The notes beneath the pieces are model-generated. The model was not told where the DNA came from and made no database searches. It saw only the letters and a program-made list of their open reading frames with translations. Shown one piece after another: positions 19,083 to 28,689 of a DNA stretch of 64,000 nucleotides. The translations under genes and the position numbers were made by a program. The DNA lies in assembly GCA_963742415.1 (NCBI GenBank), contig CAVULX010000003.1, positions 512,001-576,000 on the forward strand. Reading direction: 5' to 3'. The stretch is from an uncultured Parachlamydiaceae bacterium. GTDB lineage: Bacteria; Chlamydiota; Chlamydiia; Chlamydiales; Parachlamydiaceae. How positions within the stretch are numbered: the first letter of the stretch is position 1; each line of letters starts with the position of its first letter.

Positions 19083-20408
19083 CTAATGCCTTGCATAGGT
19101 TTCGGTCCAAGGCCAGATCCATCCCCAATTGGCCCCTCTGAAAAAGGTGCCGATGACGATCAATATTCCCTGCCATGTCATAAAGGCTGTATAGAGGAAG
19201 ATCGCCACATAGCGGCTGCGGTGGAACCAGTACCCTTCCCCGTGGGGATTACGGTCCAGATAGGGGATGGACATCAACCCTAAAACGATGCCGATGGGAA
19301 TAGCAACCCCTCCCCAAAATGCATTATAGGCGACCATTTCTTGCAAGCCAAGAAAGTACCAAGGTGCTTTTGAGGGATTGGTGGGCTTGCTTGGATTCGC
19401 AGGTTCTTCTAAAGGGGCATCGATAAAGGACAATCCTAAAATTAAGACTAATGTCAACAGAAAAGCGACGAGTTCGGCTCGCAGCAGATGGGGCCATGTA
19501 AACACAAAGTTATAAGGCCCTTTATCGACAGTAGGACAGGTTCCTCGCACAAGCTCCATCAGGCCATAGGTTCGCTTAACACCCGGAGCAAAAGATTCTT
19601 TCGTATCGGACCGCTGCACCACGCGGTAAGGATCGGGGCGGATTTTATCTGGCGGGCGTGAAAGCCCTCCATCTTTCCGGATGCGCCAAAAGTGCACGCC
19701 GATCAGGGTTCCTGCAATAAGGGGCAAGAAAGCCACATGCAGGACATAAAAGCGGATCAAGGCATCTTGCCCCACTTTCGTCGAAGCCAGCAGCATCACG
19801 CGGTTGACATTGTATTCAAAACCCGGAAGATTGGGGACATAGCCTGCGATGTTCGTTCCGACGGTGATCGCCCAAAAGGCAAGCTGATCCCAGGGGAGCA
19901 GATAACCGGTAAAGGAAAGCAGCAGCGTCAAAAACATCAGCATGACCCCGATGACCCAATTGAAGCGGCGCGTTCCTTTGTAAGATCCTGTATAAAAGAC
20001 GCGCGACATATGCAGAAAGACAAAGAGCACCATCATGTGGGCGCTCCAGCGGTGCATGTTGCGGTACATCATGGCAAAGGGGGTCGTGTCTTGCCAATCT
20101 TTCATGATGTCGTAGGCGCGATCTTCCGCGGGAATGTAATAAAACATCAAAACGACGCCAGTGAACACGAGGATTAAAAAAAGGCTCATCGTAATCGAGC
20201 CCAGGCCCAAAGTGTAAAAAGGATCGAGGGAATGTTTGTGGCATTTGACAGGATGAAAATGGAGAAAAAAGTTTTTAAAGACAATTTCAGATCGGTCGAC
20301 ATCATTGTTGGGATAGTTATGTCGAAAAATCGAGCGCACAAATAAGGAAGGCAGGTTGGCTAAGTATTCTGCCCAAGATTCTCTTCTTTTTCCCTTAAAA
20401 ACAGCCAT
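19083..20408 (-). CDS. Cytochrome b of a Rieske/cytb complex (b6-like fused to subunit IV-like region)
   Basis: RNMHRWSAH..LHMSRVFYTGSYK, FTGYLLPWDQLAFWA, RFYVLH-x14-H, KAPWYF. Confidence 0.93.
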   Translation of the reverse strand: MAVFKGKRRESWAEYLANLPSLFVRSIFRHNYPNNDVDRSEIVFKNFFLHFHPVKCHKHSLDPFYTLGLGSITMSLFLILVFTGVVLMFYYIPAEDRAYDIMKDWQDTTPFAMMYRNMHRWSAHMMVLFVFLHMSRVFYTGSYKGTRRFNWVIGVMLMFLTLLLSFTGYLLPWDQLAFWAITVGTNIAGYVPNLPGFEYNVNRVMLLASTKVGQDALIRFYVLHVAFLPLIAGTLIGVHFWRIRKDGGLSRPPDKIRPDPYRVVQRSDTKESFAPGVKRTYGLMELVRGTCPTVDKGPYNFVFTWPHLLRAELVAFLLTLVLILGLSFIDAPLEEPANPSKPTNPSKAPWYFLGLQEMVAYNAFWGGVAIPIGIVLGLMSIPYLDRNPHGEGYWFHRSRYVAIFLYTAFMTWQGILIVIGTFFRGANWGWIWPWTETYARH

Positions 20409-20427
20409 AATATCTCCTTAACGCTTT

Positions 20428-20940
20428 CTAACCTGTTGGCGAATACCAAGCTTCATCCCAATCCAGTGTTGTTTTTGATTTATCCACCAAAATGTCTCCC
20501 GAAGCCCCTTTGAAGACAAAGAAATAGACCAGAGGCAAAGGAGCCGGCCCCCCTGTGTTTTTGCCATGGCGGTCATACGTCGATCCATGGCAGGGGCAAG
20601 CATATCCTGTTTCCACCATATTGACTGTGCATCCTAGATGAGTGCAGACCGCAGTTTGTACGCGCACTTTTCCCGATAGGGTTTCAATAAACACTTTTTG
20701 CTTGGGATTAAAGACTTTCCCGTCGCGGGATAAAACTTCTTCAGGCCTTCCGATGGAAAATACGCTCGGAGGAATTTTCATCGCATTGGGATAAAGAAAG
20801 CCTAAAAGGGAGACATTCGCCATGCCTGCAACACCGACTAGACAGGCCCCTACGCCCATCAGAGCCAGAAAGGAGCGGCGGGAGATCATCGGATCCTTAT
20901 CATCAGGATCGACATTCAATGAATTGCGGTATTTGGGCAT
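20428..20940 (-). CDS. Rieske [2Fe-2S] subunit
   Basis: Tat-type SRRSFL + TM; CTHLGC and CPCHGS. Confidence 0.95.
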   Translation of the reverse strand: MPKYRNSLNVDPDDKDPMISRRSFLALMGVGACLVGVAGMANVSLLGFLYPNAMKIPPSVFSIGRPEEVLSRDGKVFNPKQKVFIETLSGKVRVQTAVCTHLGCTVNMVETGYACPCHGSTYDRHGKNTGGPAPLPLVYFFVFKGASGDILVDKSKTTLDWDEAWYSPTG

Positions 20941-20943
20941 GGT

Positions 20944-21075
20944 CTACTCCTCCTCTCGAAACATTTGATATTTCACATCTTCAGGGTCTTCAAATTGCCC
21001 TTTGCGCAGGTAATAAATATAAACCAACATTCCAGATCCTCCAAAAGCGATCGAACTGACAATCAGCCAGAGCAT
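20944..21075 (-). CDS. ccoS: cbb3 oxidase maturation protein CcoS/FixS-like, 43 aa
   Basis: Hand translation MLWLIVSSIAFGGSGMLVYIYYLRKGQFEDPEDVKYQMFREEE*; GQF(E/D)D motif; fills the gap between neighbours. Confidence 0.75.
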   Translation of the reverse strand: MLWLIVSSIAFGGSGMLVYIYYLRKGQFEDPEDVKYQMFREEE

Positions 21076-21079
21076 GTTT

Positions 21080-22919
21080 TTAACCTATCCAGCGGAAAGA
21101 ATAATTCATCACATCCATCGTCACGGCCTGCGTCGGACATTTTTCTGCACATAGTCCGCAGCGGATGCATAGATCTTCATCTTTTAGCATGGCCGTTCCC
21201 ATCAATGCTAATTCCTCATCTTCCATACTGACAGAATCGACTCCATAAAAATTATCGACAGCCCTTGCGCAGGTTGCCTTCGCCAAGATCCAAGTTTAAT
21301 TTGCTAATAGGAACCTGCTTCAAGCAATTGCATGGGCAGACATCGACGCATCCATTGCATTTGATGCAGAACGTCCCATCAAACACAGGACTGACATGGC
21401 ATTGAAGGCAGCGGTTGGCTTGCTGATGCGGCTTCTTCTTCGGTATAGTTATTTTCCACCATGTTCTGATTATGGATTCGAACATCAGGCGGCTGCATGG
21501 TCGGGAGCGCCCACTTGGTCCTTAAATAGGTCTTATCGCGCATCGGGGAGATTTCGGTAAATTCCCCTACAAATTCCTGATAGGGTGCGGTCCCCCGCAA
21601 ATCGCTGTCGATAGCTCGGGCGGCATCCTGCCCATGCCGTATGGCTGTAATGAATAAGGCGGGGCCAAAGGCGGCATCGCCGCCTGCATAGATCCCTTTG
21701 ACGGAGGTGCGGCCAGTTCCCCTTTCCGTTTTGATGATGCCGCGGTCCAAAACGAGCTGCTCTTTTTTATCCCATCCATTAAAGAGGCTCATATCCATCG
21801 ATTGCCCAATGGCCAACGCCATAGTGTCGCAAGGAATGACACGCTGTTTGTCGGGAATGAGTTTAGGGGCAAATCGTCCGGTATAATCAAAAAGGGAATA
21901 GATCTCTTGTACGCGCAATCCCGTAATTGCTCCATCACTATTCCGTTCCACCGCAATGGGCGCTAACCGGTTGATGATGGTGATCCCCTCTTCGAGGCCA
22001 TCTTCGATTTCAAATTCATCCGCTGTCTGCTCATCGCGTGTTTCTAGGCAAACCATAGTCACTTTTTTGGCCCCATTGCGGACAGAGGTTCGAGCGACAT
22101 CAAAGGCGACGTTTCCTCCTCCGACCACGATCATATTTTCGCCGATTTTCCATTCCTCTTCCATGCAGCGCACCCGCAAATACTCGATCCCGCGGATCAC
22201 ATCTGGCTCATCAGCTCCTGGAATAGGCAGATCGCGCGATTTCCATAGGCCGACTCCAATAAAGACGGCATCATACTTTTTTTGCAGTTCGGTCAGGGTG
22301 ATATCGCGCCCCACCTTCATGTTGTAATATATTTTGGCGCCCAGATATTCGATGGCATAGATTTCATTGAAGGCAATCTCATTTTTTAAGCGATAGGTAG
22401 GGACTCCATAGGTTAGCATCCCCCCGGGAATGCGCATCATTTCGTAGACATCGACCGCATACCCGAGGCGAAGAAGATCGTGCGCGCAAGTCAGGGAAGC
22501 GACCCCCGCGCCGATGCAGGCCACTTTGAGTCCATTGGGAGTTGGACTGGGTAGAGCCTCGGGCATAGCTCATTTCTAGGGATTTGACATGGGCTTCTTT
22601 ATCAAGGCCAAACCACTCATCCAGATACCGTTTTTGCGCCCGGATAGTCAATGTTTTATCGACCCGGTCGCGCCGGCAGGTGAGTTCGCAAGGGGCTCCG
22701 CAGATCATGCCGCAGATCGAAGCAAAAGGATTTGGTCCACGCGCAATTTTATACCCTTCGAGATAGATTGCCTGCATGCAGGGCAATCATATATCCGCGG
22801 GGATCGGTATTGACCGGACAGCCGTCGCGGCAATCGATCTGCCGGATATAATAATCGAGATCGGGAATGACGACATCGTAGATATCTCTATAGGCTGCAA
22901 TGACATCATCGTCAGACAC
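21080..22919 (-). pseudogene. GltD/NfnA-like FAD-dependent NAD(P)H oxidoreductase with C-terminal 2x[4Fe-4S] ferredoxin; four +1 frameshifts (possibly sequencing errors)
   Basis: SD GGAGG + GTG at 22919; removing four bases gives 611 aa: CRDGCP..ICGMICGAPCELTC, IGAG, GGMLTYGVP, VVGGGNVAFD, AGGD, RCLQC, CIKCNGCVDVCP, CIRCGLCAEKCP. Confidence 0.85.
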
Positions 22920-23039
22920 GTACACCTCCGCAACAAGGGGGAATGTATCAAACCAAGGAGATTTTTTAAATTGTTTATTTTTATTCTATAAGCTAATTTT
23001 TACCCCAACACTTGTTAGGATAGAGGAGGCAAGGTTGAA

Positions 23040-23654
23040 ATGAAAAAAGAGATAAAAAATTGTGTCCATTTGCTCCATGAGGCGGGATTATTAGCCAAAC
23101 TTCCCCGTTCAGGCTTTGCTTTCTTGGGAACAGGTCAGCAATCGGTGGCTGAGCATAGCCATCGGATGACTTTGACGGCTTATCTTTTGGCTTCTCTAAT
23201 GAAAAAGCCGGTAAACCTTCAAAAGCTTCTTTTAATGTGTTTAATTCACGATCTTCCGGAAGCTCGCATGGGAGATCTCAATTATGTCAACAAACTGTAT
23301 GTCGAGGCGAATGAAGACAAAGTGCTCGATGAATATGAGAAATTCTATCCGTGCGGCCAGGAATTTAGAGCTTTAATTCAAGAATACAACGAATCCCAGA
23401 CATTAGAAGCCCAATTGGCCCATGATGCCGATCAACTCGAAATGCTTTTAGTTTTAAAACAATTGAGCGAAGCAGGGAATTCCCATGCCATGAAATGGTT
23501 TGATAAAACAGAGGAGAGGTTGCAAATAAAAGAGGCTAAAGAGGTTGCCGCTGAAATAAGAACACAGTCATCGGACGCTTGGTGGCTTTATAATCCTGAA
23601 GATCCCCATTGGATTCATGGAGGTAAAAGAAAAAAAGAAAAAAAAGCAAACTAA
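23040..23654 (+). CDS. HD-domain phosphohydrolase
   Basis: LPRSG, QSVAEHS, LIHDLPEARMGD, DADQLE. Confidence 0.9.
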   Translation: MKKEIKNCVHLLHEAGLLAKLPRSGFAFLGTGQQSVAEHSHRMTLTAYLLASLMKKPVNLQKLLLMCLIHDLPEARMGDLNYVNKLYVEANEDKVLDEYEKFYPCGQEFRALIQEYNESQTLEAQLAHDADQLEMLLVLKQLSEAGNSHAMKWFDKTEERLQIKEAKEVAAEIRTQSSDAWWLYNPEDPHWIHGGKRKKEKKAN

Positions 23655-23662
23655 TTTTTAAA

Positions 23663-23700
23663 AAAAGTTACACAAAATTCTAAAAGTTACACAAAATTCT
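23663..23700. repeat. Perfect 19-bp tandem duplication
   Basis: aaaagttacacaaaattct x2. Confidence 0.8.
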
Positions 23701-23775
23701 ATATTATTAAAAATAATAATATAAGGTATAATATAAAATGTAATTAGAGTTTTTGTTAGACATGGAGGTCGAACA

Positions 23776-26088
23776 ATGACAGGAGGAATTCATTTACCTA
23801 AATTAGGATTATCCGAAGCCAAAGAAGCTGTCACATCAAATATAACCCGAATAAGAGATCAACTCAAAGGTATCCCCGAAAAAATTGAGGCAAACCAGGC
23901 TGGCCGTTCTTTTCTTCAAGCGCTCCCTACTGTGAAAGAAAGCGTCGAAAAAAAGATAAATGAGGTGAGAACAAAAATAAAAGATGAATTAAAAGAAGCG
24001 AAACCTGGATCCTCTGTAAAAGCGACTCGTCCCCCTGAGCAAATGCGGCAGCCGGCAAAAACAGAAAATAAACCCCAGTCCCCGCAATCTACCACTGCTA
24101 CAACTCCAAAAGAGGCCAAACCTCTTCCCCCTGTTCCGCCTTCAACAAGCAGGGTGGGGACTCCTCAAACAGAGAATCGAGCTCCAGCTTCCGAGCAACG
24201 CGCTTTTGATAGGGGGAGGACACAAACAAAACCTCTACCTCCGACTCCGCAAACTAAGACTTCCCCAACTAATCCAGTTCAGACACAAAGTGCATCTACA
24301 CCTATTCAGCAAGCAAGATCCCGAGAAACAAGAGCTCGAGGACCTTTGCCCATTCCGGTTCCGAAAGCGCCACCCCCAGGGGCAGGTGCAACCCCACAAC
24401 AAGCGGCGGTGTCTTCAGCTGCTGTGACTAGGCGGGCGCCCCCTCCGGTTCCCCCAGTGTCTGGCAGGCCCACCCTAATGCAAACAGCTGCACCGAAAAC
24501 CCAAACACCTTCAATGCCAAAACCGTTCAATTCCATGAACACTACAAATCAAGTGGCGAATGCCGTGCTTACTGCTCCTCCTCCTCCAAAAAGCGGCTTA
24601 GAGATTTTGGCAAATGGGCCAAAACCTCTCATTCTCGAACCAGGCAAAACAGTAATCACTGAGAGCGAAGCTCAAAAACTCATTAAAGATACAGCAAATA
24701 CTATCACACGAATAGAACAACTTCCGGATGAAATTAACAAAACAAAAGCGCAGCTTCAGGCAGCGGGTGATTTGGTAGCCGGAGGAGCAAAAATCGCAGA
24801 AAATAGGGAAGAAATTGGCATCAAGTATTCAAATCTAAATAGTGAACTTTTCAAGAAAAGAAATGAACTTTCAAAATTAAAGGATCAATTGGAATCTTCT
24901 ACTTCAGCAAACCCTAAAACCAACTTAGAATTGGCGAAGGCACTGGATAGTCTTAAACAACTTGAGGACAAAAAGAAGGCGTTTCAAAGAGAACAAGCAA
25001 TTCAGGAATTCCTTGAAGAGGACAAGCGATTGGAAAATTATTTAACAAAAATGACAGATTTTTATCCAGCATTGCAAAAATTTTATGAGAATAAATTAAA
25101 TGTTAAAAATTTAAAAAATCGAAAAGAGGTCGAAGAAAAGCTCGCAATACTAAAACAATTTAATAAAGACCTTACCCCAATGGCGAAATTGCAAAGTTCA
25201 TTTGCGGAGGCTTTATCAAAGATGCCTCAATCTAATAAAGAGACCCATTTGGCACGGGAATTTTTAAACAGCGGAGTTCCTTATAGGGTAGCGCTGGCAG
25301 ACGCTTCTGTGAGTAGCGGCAAAATGGCAGAAGTTATGGCGGGGATTACAAAAGACATTAATGAGGGTTGGAACGAACTTTCTAAATTATTGCCTGATAA
25401 ACAAGTAAAAGACCAATTAATAGGCGAATTGACAAACGGCTCATTAACACCAGCCAAGTTAGTGCAAAAAGCGACTAAATATCATGTGCAGTTTGGACCG
25501 ATTTTGAGTGAAACACCTTCGGATGCAACTTTTCGAAAAGTGTTAGAAGCTGCTCAAAAGCATGCAGGCGATATTGCGGATCATTCTAATATTGCAAAAT
25601 CGTTTCAAGAATATCAGGATGTCAAGGAAATAAAAGGTAAGTTATCGACAGACAAATTAGACAACGCAGCCGCTTATTTACTTAAATTATGTGATAATGG
25701 TATTCCCCCAAGCTTAATCAAAGAAAAAAGAGATAAGTTTTCTTCCGACGAAAAATATAAGGAAGTTACCGATTTTTATGTTAAGCAAATGGAAGTTGCA
25801 TTTCGTCGTAAAGATGCCTCGGTTTTGATGAAAAATCTGGCACCTTTAGCGATGCTTTACAAAGAAAACAGTAAGGACGGAAATTTGAAAACGCTCATGG
25901 TTCAGTCGCGAGATATGGTTTTGAGAGACTTAAAATCCCAGATCGAGAAAGACCAGAGAAAGACAAAATCTACAGAGAGAAGCCCGGTTTTATCAGCCAA
26001 GTTTGCCCAAGTATTGCTTAACTGCCAAGGGGTTGCTACTTCAGATCCACTTCCCGCGGATCTTGATAAGTTTTTTAAACCAAAATAA
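23776..26088 (+). CDS. Pro-rich candidate effector with a DH(RhoGEF)-like region
   Basis: 770 aa; SD GGAGG; PxxP-rich linker, coiled coil, DH-like motifs. Confidence 0.75.
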   Translation: MTGGIHLPKLGLSEAKEAVTSNITRIRDQLKGIPEKIEANQAGRSFLQALPTVKESVEKKINEVRTKIKDELKEAKPGSSVKATRPPEQMRQPAKTENKPQSPQSTTATTPKEAKPLPPVPPSTSRVGTPQTENRAPASEQRAFDRGRTQTKPLPPTPQTKTSPTNPVQTQSASTPIQQARSRETRARGPLPIPVPKAPPPGAGATPQQAAVSSAAVTRRAPPPVPPVSGRPTLMQTAAPKTQTPSMPKPFNSMNTTNQVANAVLTAPPPPKSGLEILANGPKPLILEPGKTVITESEAQKLIKDTANTITRIEQLPDEINKTKAQLQAAGDLVAGGAKIAENREEIGIKYSNLNSELFKKRNELSKLKDQLESSTSANPKTNLELAKALDSLKQLEDKKKAFQREQAIQEFLEEDKRLENYLTKMTDFYPALQKFYENKLNVKNLKNRKEVEEKLAILKQFNKDLTPMAKLQSSFAEALSKMPQSNKETHLAREFLNSGVPYRVALADASVSSGKMAEVMAGITKDINEGWNELSKLLPDKQVKDQLIGELTNGSLTPAKLVQKATKYHVQFGPILSETPSDATFRKVLEAAQKHAGDIADHSNIAKSFQEYQDVKEIKGKLSTDKLDNAAAYLLKLCDNGIPPSLIKEKRDKFSSDEKYKEVTDFYVKQMEVAFRRKDASVLMKNLAPLAMLYKENSKDGNLKTLMVQSRDMVLRDLKSQIEKDQRKTKSTERSPVLSAKFAQVLLNCQGVATSDPLPADLDKFFKPK

Positions 26089-26089
26089 C

Positions 26090-26368
26090 TCAAATAATTT
26101 TAAACGTATCGTGTTTGCAAGCAGAAGCTGAATAATGAACATCGATTGCAGAGATGTAAGTGTCCGGAAATTCTTGTTTGATTTTTTCCAGCAACTTTTC
26201 CAAAATCTCTTTTTGCCCATAAGCATAAATTTCGACAGATCCGTCATATTTATTTTGGACGGTACCTGCTAAGTCCAGCTGCTGTGCCAAATGTTTGACG
26301 GTGGCTCTAAAACCTACGCCCTGCACAAACCCATGAAAAACCGCATGCAATTCTAAAATTTCGCTCAT
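26090..26368 (-). CDS. acyP: Acylphosphatase
   Basis: GFVQGVGFR and GTVQNKYDGSVE; start at MSEILE. Confidence 0.9.
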   Translation of the reverse strand: MSEILELHAVFHGFVQGVGFRATVKHLAQQLDLAGTVQNKYDGSVEIYAYGQKEILEKLLEKIKQEFPDTYISAIDVHYSASACKHDTFKII

Positions 26369-26381
26369 ACAATCCCAGTGT

Positions 26382-26492
26382 AAAATGGACAAAGTGGACA
26401 TGAGGGTAGGGGCAATGGTGTCCATTCATGACCATTTTGTCCACTTCTGTCCATTTTGTCCATATCGTCCATATCGTCCACCTTGTCCATTT
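26382..26492. repeat. Palindromic repeat of 9-bp TGGAC/GTCCA units
   Basis: tggacaaagtggac ... (ttgtccact)(ctgtccatt)(ttgtccata)(tcgtccata)(tcgtccacc)(ttgtccatt). Confidence 0.75.
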
Positions 26493-26503
26493 AGTCCTCT
26501 TCA

Positions 26504-27535
26504 TTAACACTCATCACCGTTTTCTTCAACATCATCTCCACTGCCTGCCGACTCAGTCAATGGAAACCGCAAGATGAGCTCTTCGACAAGATCTATCGAC
26601 TCCGCTTTGCTGATCAATTCCCGAAATTGGCGTGTTCCGGCTGCTTTTTTGAGATACCAGCACCCCACGCGCCGCATGTCGATTGCGACGCGTCGTGGAG
26701 GATGATAGTCTTTTGTCACTAGGAAATGGTCATATAAGATTCTACGGCAATCTTCTAATGTGTATTTAGCTCTGGGTTTTCCCTCAAGGAAAGCGCGGAT
26801 ATCTTCCGCAATCCAAGGCTGCCCCATGGTGCCGCGCGCCACTAAAACTGCATCGCAGCCCGTATGCTCGAAAGCTGCTAAGGCCGATGGGCCATCGATG
26901 ACATCTCCATTCGCTATGACTTTGATTGAGCGGGCGGCTTCTTTGCAAGCTTTGATGTAATCCCAGTTGGCAGGCCCCTTGTAGGCTTGCTTTCTAGTCC
27001 GTCCATGAATGCAGATGGCTTTGGCACCCGCTTTTTCGACGATTTGGGTGATTTCGGGAGCATTGATGACCGATTCGTCCCATCCTGCGCGGATTTTGAC
27101 TGTTACAGGAATTTTAACGGCGGCTGTCATGTTGGCGATGACGTCGCCGATCAATTGAGGTGTTTTTAGCATCCCTGAGCCGCTCCCATCTTTTGTCACT
27201 TTGTCTACCGGGCAGCCGCAATTGAGATCGATGACGTCGAAGCCCAGCTCTTCGATGATCTTTGCTGCTTTTCCGGCGATCTCTGGCTTGCTGCCGCAAA
27301 TTTGTCCGCCGATAGGGTGCATGGAGGGGGCATAATCGAGCATGTGAAAGGTCCCTTGGTCGTGCCGGATCAAGGCATCCATCTTGACCATTTCGCAGTA
27401 CATTAATCCCGGCTTATAACGGGCTGACATACTTCGGAAAGGGTAATCGGAACATCCTGCGAGGGGAGCATAAAGGACGTTGCTCGGAAGAAGCAAATTT
27501 CCTATTTGCAGGGGTTGTGAATATTTCTTTTTCAT
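26504..27535 (-). CDS. dusB: tRNA-dihydrouridine synthase (DusB family)
   Basis: APLAGCSD, IDLNCGCP, TVKIRAGWD, IHGRT, ANGD; ATGA overlap with yggT. Confidence 0.92.
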   Translation of the reverse strand: MKKKYSQPLQIGNLLLPSNVLYAPLAGCSDYPFRSMSARYKPGLMYCEMVKMDALIRHDQGTFHMLDYAPSMHPIGGQICGSKPEIAGKAAKIIEELGFDVIDLNCGCPVDKVTKDGSGSGMLKTPQLIGDVIANMTAAVKIPVTVKIRAGWDESVINAPEITQIVEKAGAKAICIHGRTRKQAYKGPANWDYIKACKEAARSIKVIANGDVIDGPSALAAFEHTGCDAVLVARGTMGQPWIAEDIRAFLEGKPRAKYTLEDCRRILYDHFLVTKDYHPPRRVAIDMRRVGCWYLKKAAGTRQFRELISKAESIDLVEELILRFPLTESAGSGDDVEENGDEC

Positions 27536-27792
27536 CTGAGTAACGTGACGATCAACAATTTGACCCCTTGTTCGATAAATCCGAGGCAAAGAAAGGCGAA
27601 AATGGGGCTAATGTCCATCATCCCCAAAGGGGGGATAAAGCGGCGGAAGATGTTGAGGTAAGGGTCGGTATAAAAAGCGATGAATTGCATGATCTTGGTT
27701 CTTTGAAATTCGGGAAACCAAGAGCCAAGAATTCGGATAAACAGCATGACCATGTAGACTTGAAATAAGATATCGACGATCCGGATTAACAT
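27532..27792 (-). CDS. YggT family membrane protein
   Basis: SWFP...TDPYLNIFRRFIPPLGMMDISPI. Confidence 0.93.
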   Translation of the reverse strand: MLIRIVDILFQVYMVMLFIRILGSWFPEFQRTKIMQFIAFYTDPYLNIFRRFIPPLGMMDISPIFAFLCLGFIEQGVKLLIVTLLR

Positions 27793-27881
27793 TTCTTTCT
27801 GCTAGTTGTAAAATATTTAAAAGAACAATGTTAACCCATCTCTTCATTTTTGTCTTTTTTTATTAGAGAATTAGAAAAAAA

Positions 27882-27917
27882 ATAAGTCCTATTTTTCCAT
27901 GGAAAAATAGGACTTAT
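27882..27917. repeat. Perfect 36-bp palindrome, likely terminator of the 27937-28260 gene
   Basis: ataagtcctatttttcca|tggaaaaataggacttat followed by a T-run on the minus strand; related copy at 28577-28608. Confidence 0.8.
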
Positions 27918-27936
27918 CGGGATTTTTAAAGCGGCT

Positions 27937-28260
27937 TTACTTAATCCATTTCCAAGCTTTCTTGGCGGCTTCTCGTCCCACACCAAAGACCGCGCCGGCA
28001 GCTCCACCTACCGCAGCTCCGAAAATAGTCGAACCCACTATCGAAACAGCTGCAGATCTTTTAAAAGAGGTACCACCCAAAGAGGCACCCCTTATGGCAT
28101 CTGCTTGTCCGTTTATAGAATAAGAGAGTGTAATTTTAGCCAATCCAGCCATTATATACACTACAGGAGCAGCTCCTGTACCAAACGCAGCTCCTGCGGT
28201 TGCACCTATACCAGCACCATACGCCATACAGGTTCCAATACGTTTCATTCCTTCTAACAT
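27937..28260 (-). CDS. Gly/Ala-rich (glycine-zipper) hydrophobic protein
   Basis: 107 aa with GxxxG repeats; SD AAGGAG. Confidence 0.7.
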   Translation of the reverse strand: MLEGMKRIGTCMAYGAGIGATAGAAFGTGAAPVVYIMAGLAKITLSYSINGQADAIRGASLGGTSFKRSAAVSIVGSTIFGAAVGGAAGAVFGVGREAAKKAWKWIK

Positions 28261-28452
28261 ATAAAACTCCTTTTTATAGTTATTATTAGTTAATTAAAAA
28301 TAATTCAAACGTTTATTTGAATTAAAGGTAACAGTAATAAAAAGGTTTAAAGACTTTATTAAGATAAAATGTTTTTTTTAATAATTTATAATAGAAATAC
28401 AATCAATTTTTCCGCATGTGCTCCTTATTGGGCACGATAAGAGAGTTGGTGA

Positions 28453-28608
28453 ATGGAAAAATAGGACACTGGAGCTTGGACGTTTCTTAAATATAAATAA
28501 ATTCCCGAAGGGAATTTATTTAAGAACATCCAAACTTCAGAACCAGGCACATGGCCTGGAAATGTCTAAACTTTAGAAGTCCTATTTTCCATGGGAAAAA
28601 TAGGACTT
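28453..28608. repeat. Nested palindromic element containing the attcccgaagggaat core
   Basis: Outer IR atggaaaaataggac/gtcctattttccat; inner IR ttggac...aaattcccgaagggaattt...catccaa. Confidence 0.8.
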
Positions 28609-28689
28609 AGCGGAATTGTCGTTAGTTAAATTGTCTTTTGGCTCAAAAAACAAGATTCTGCAATTATGATAATAATTTTCTTTTAAAAA

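Noticed and set aside
19692-20244. Long alternative-frame ORFs within cytochrome b, and similar ones inside secA and other genes
   Set aside because: Shadow ORFs of well-supported genes with no motifs
26436-26492. Short periodic repeats as a CRISPR array
   Set aside because: 9-bp tandem units with no unique spacers; no cas genes in the window
26369-26510. Extension of acyP and the WT-repeat ORF 26307-26510
   Set aside because: Translations of the palindromic repeat, not protein-like
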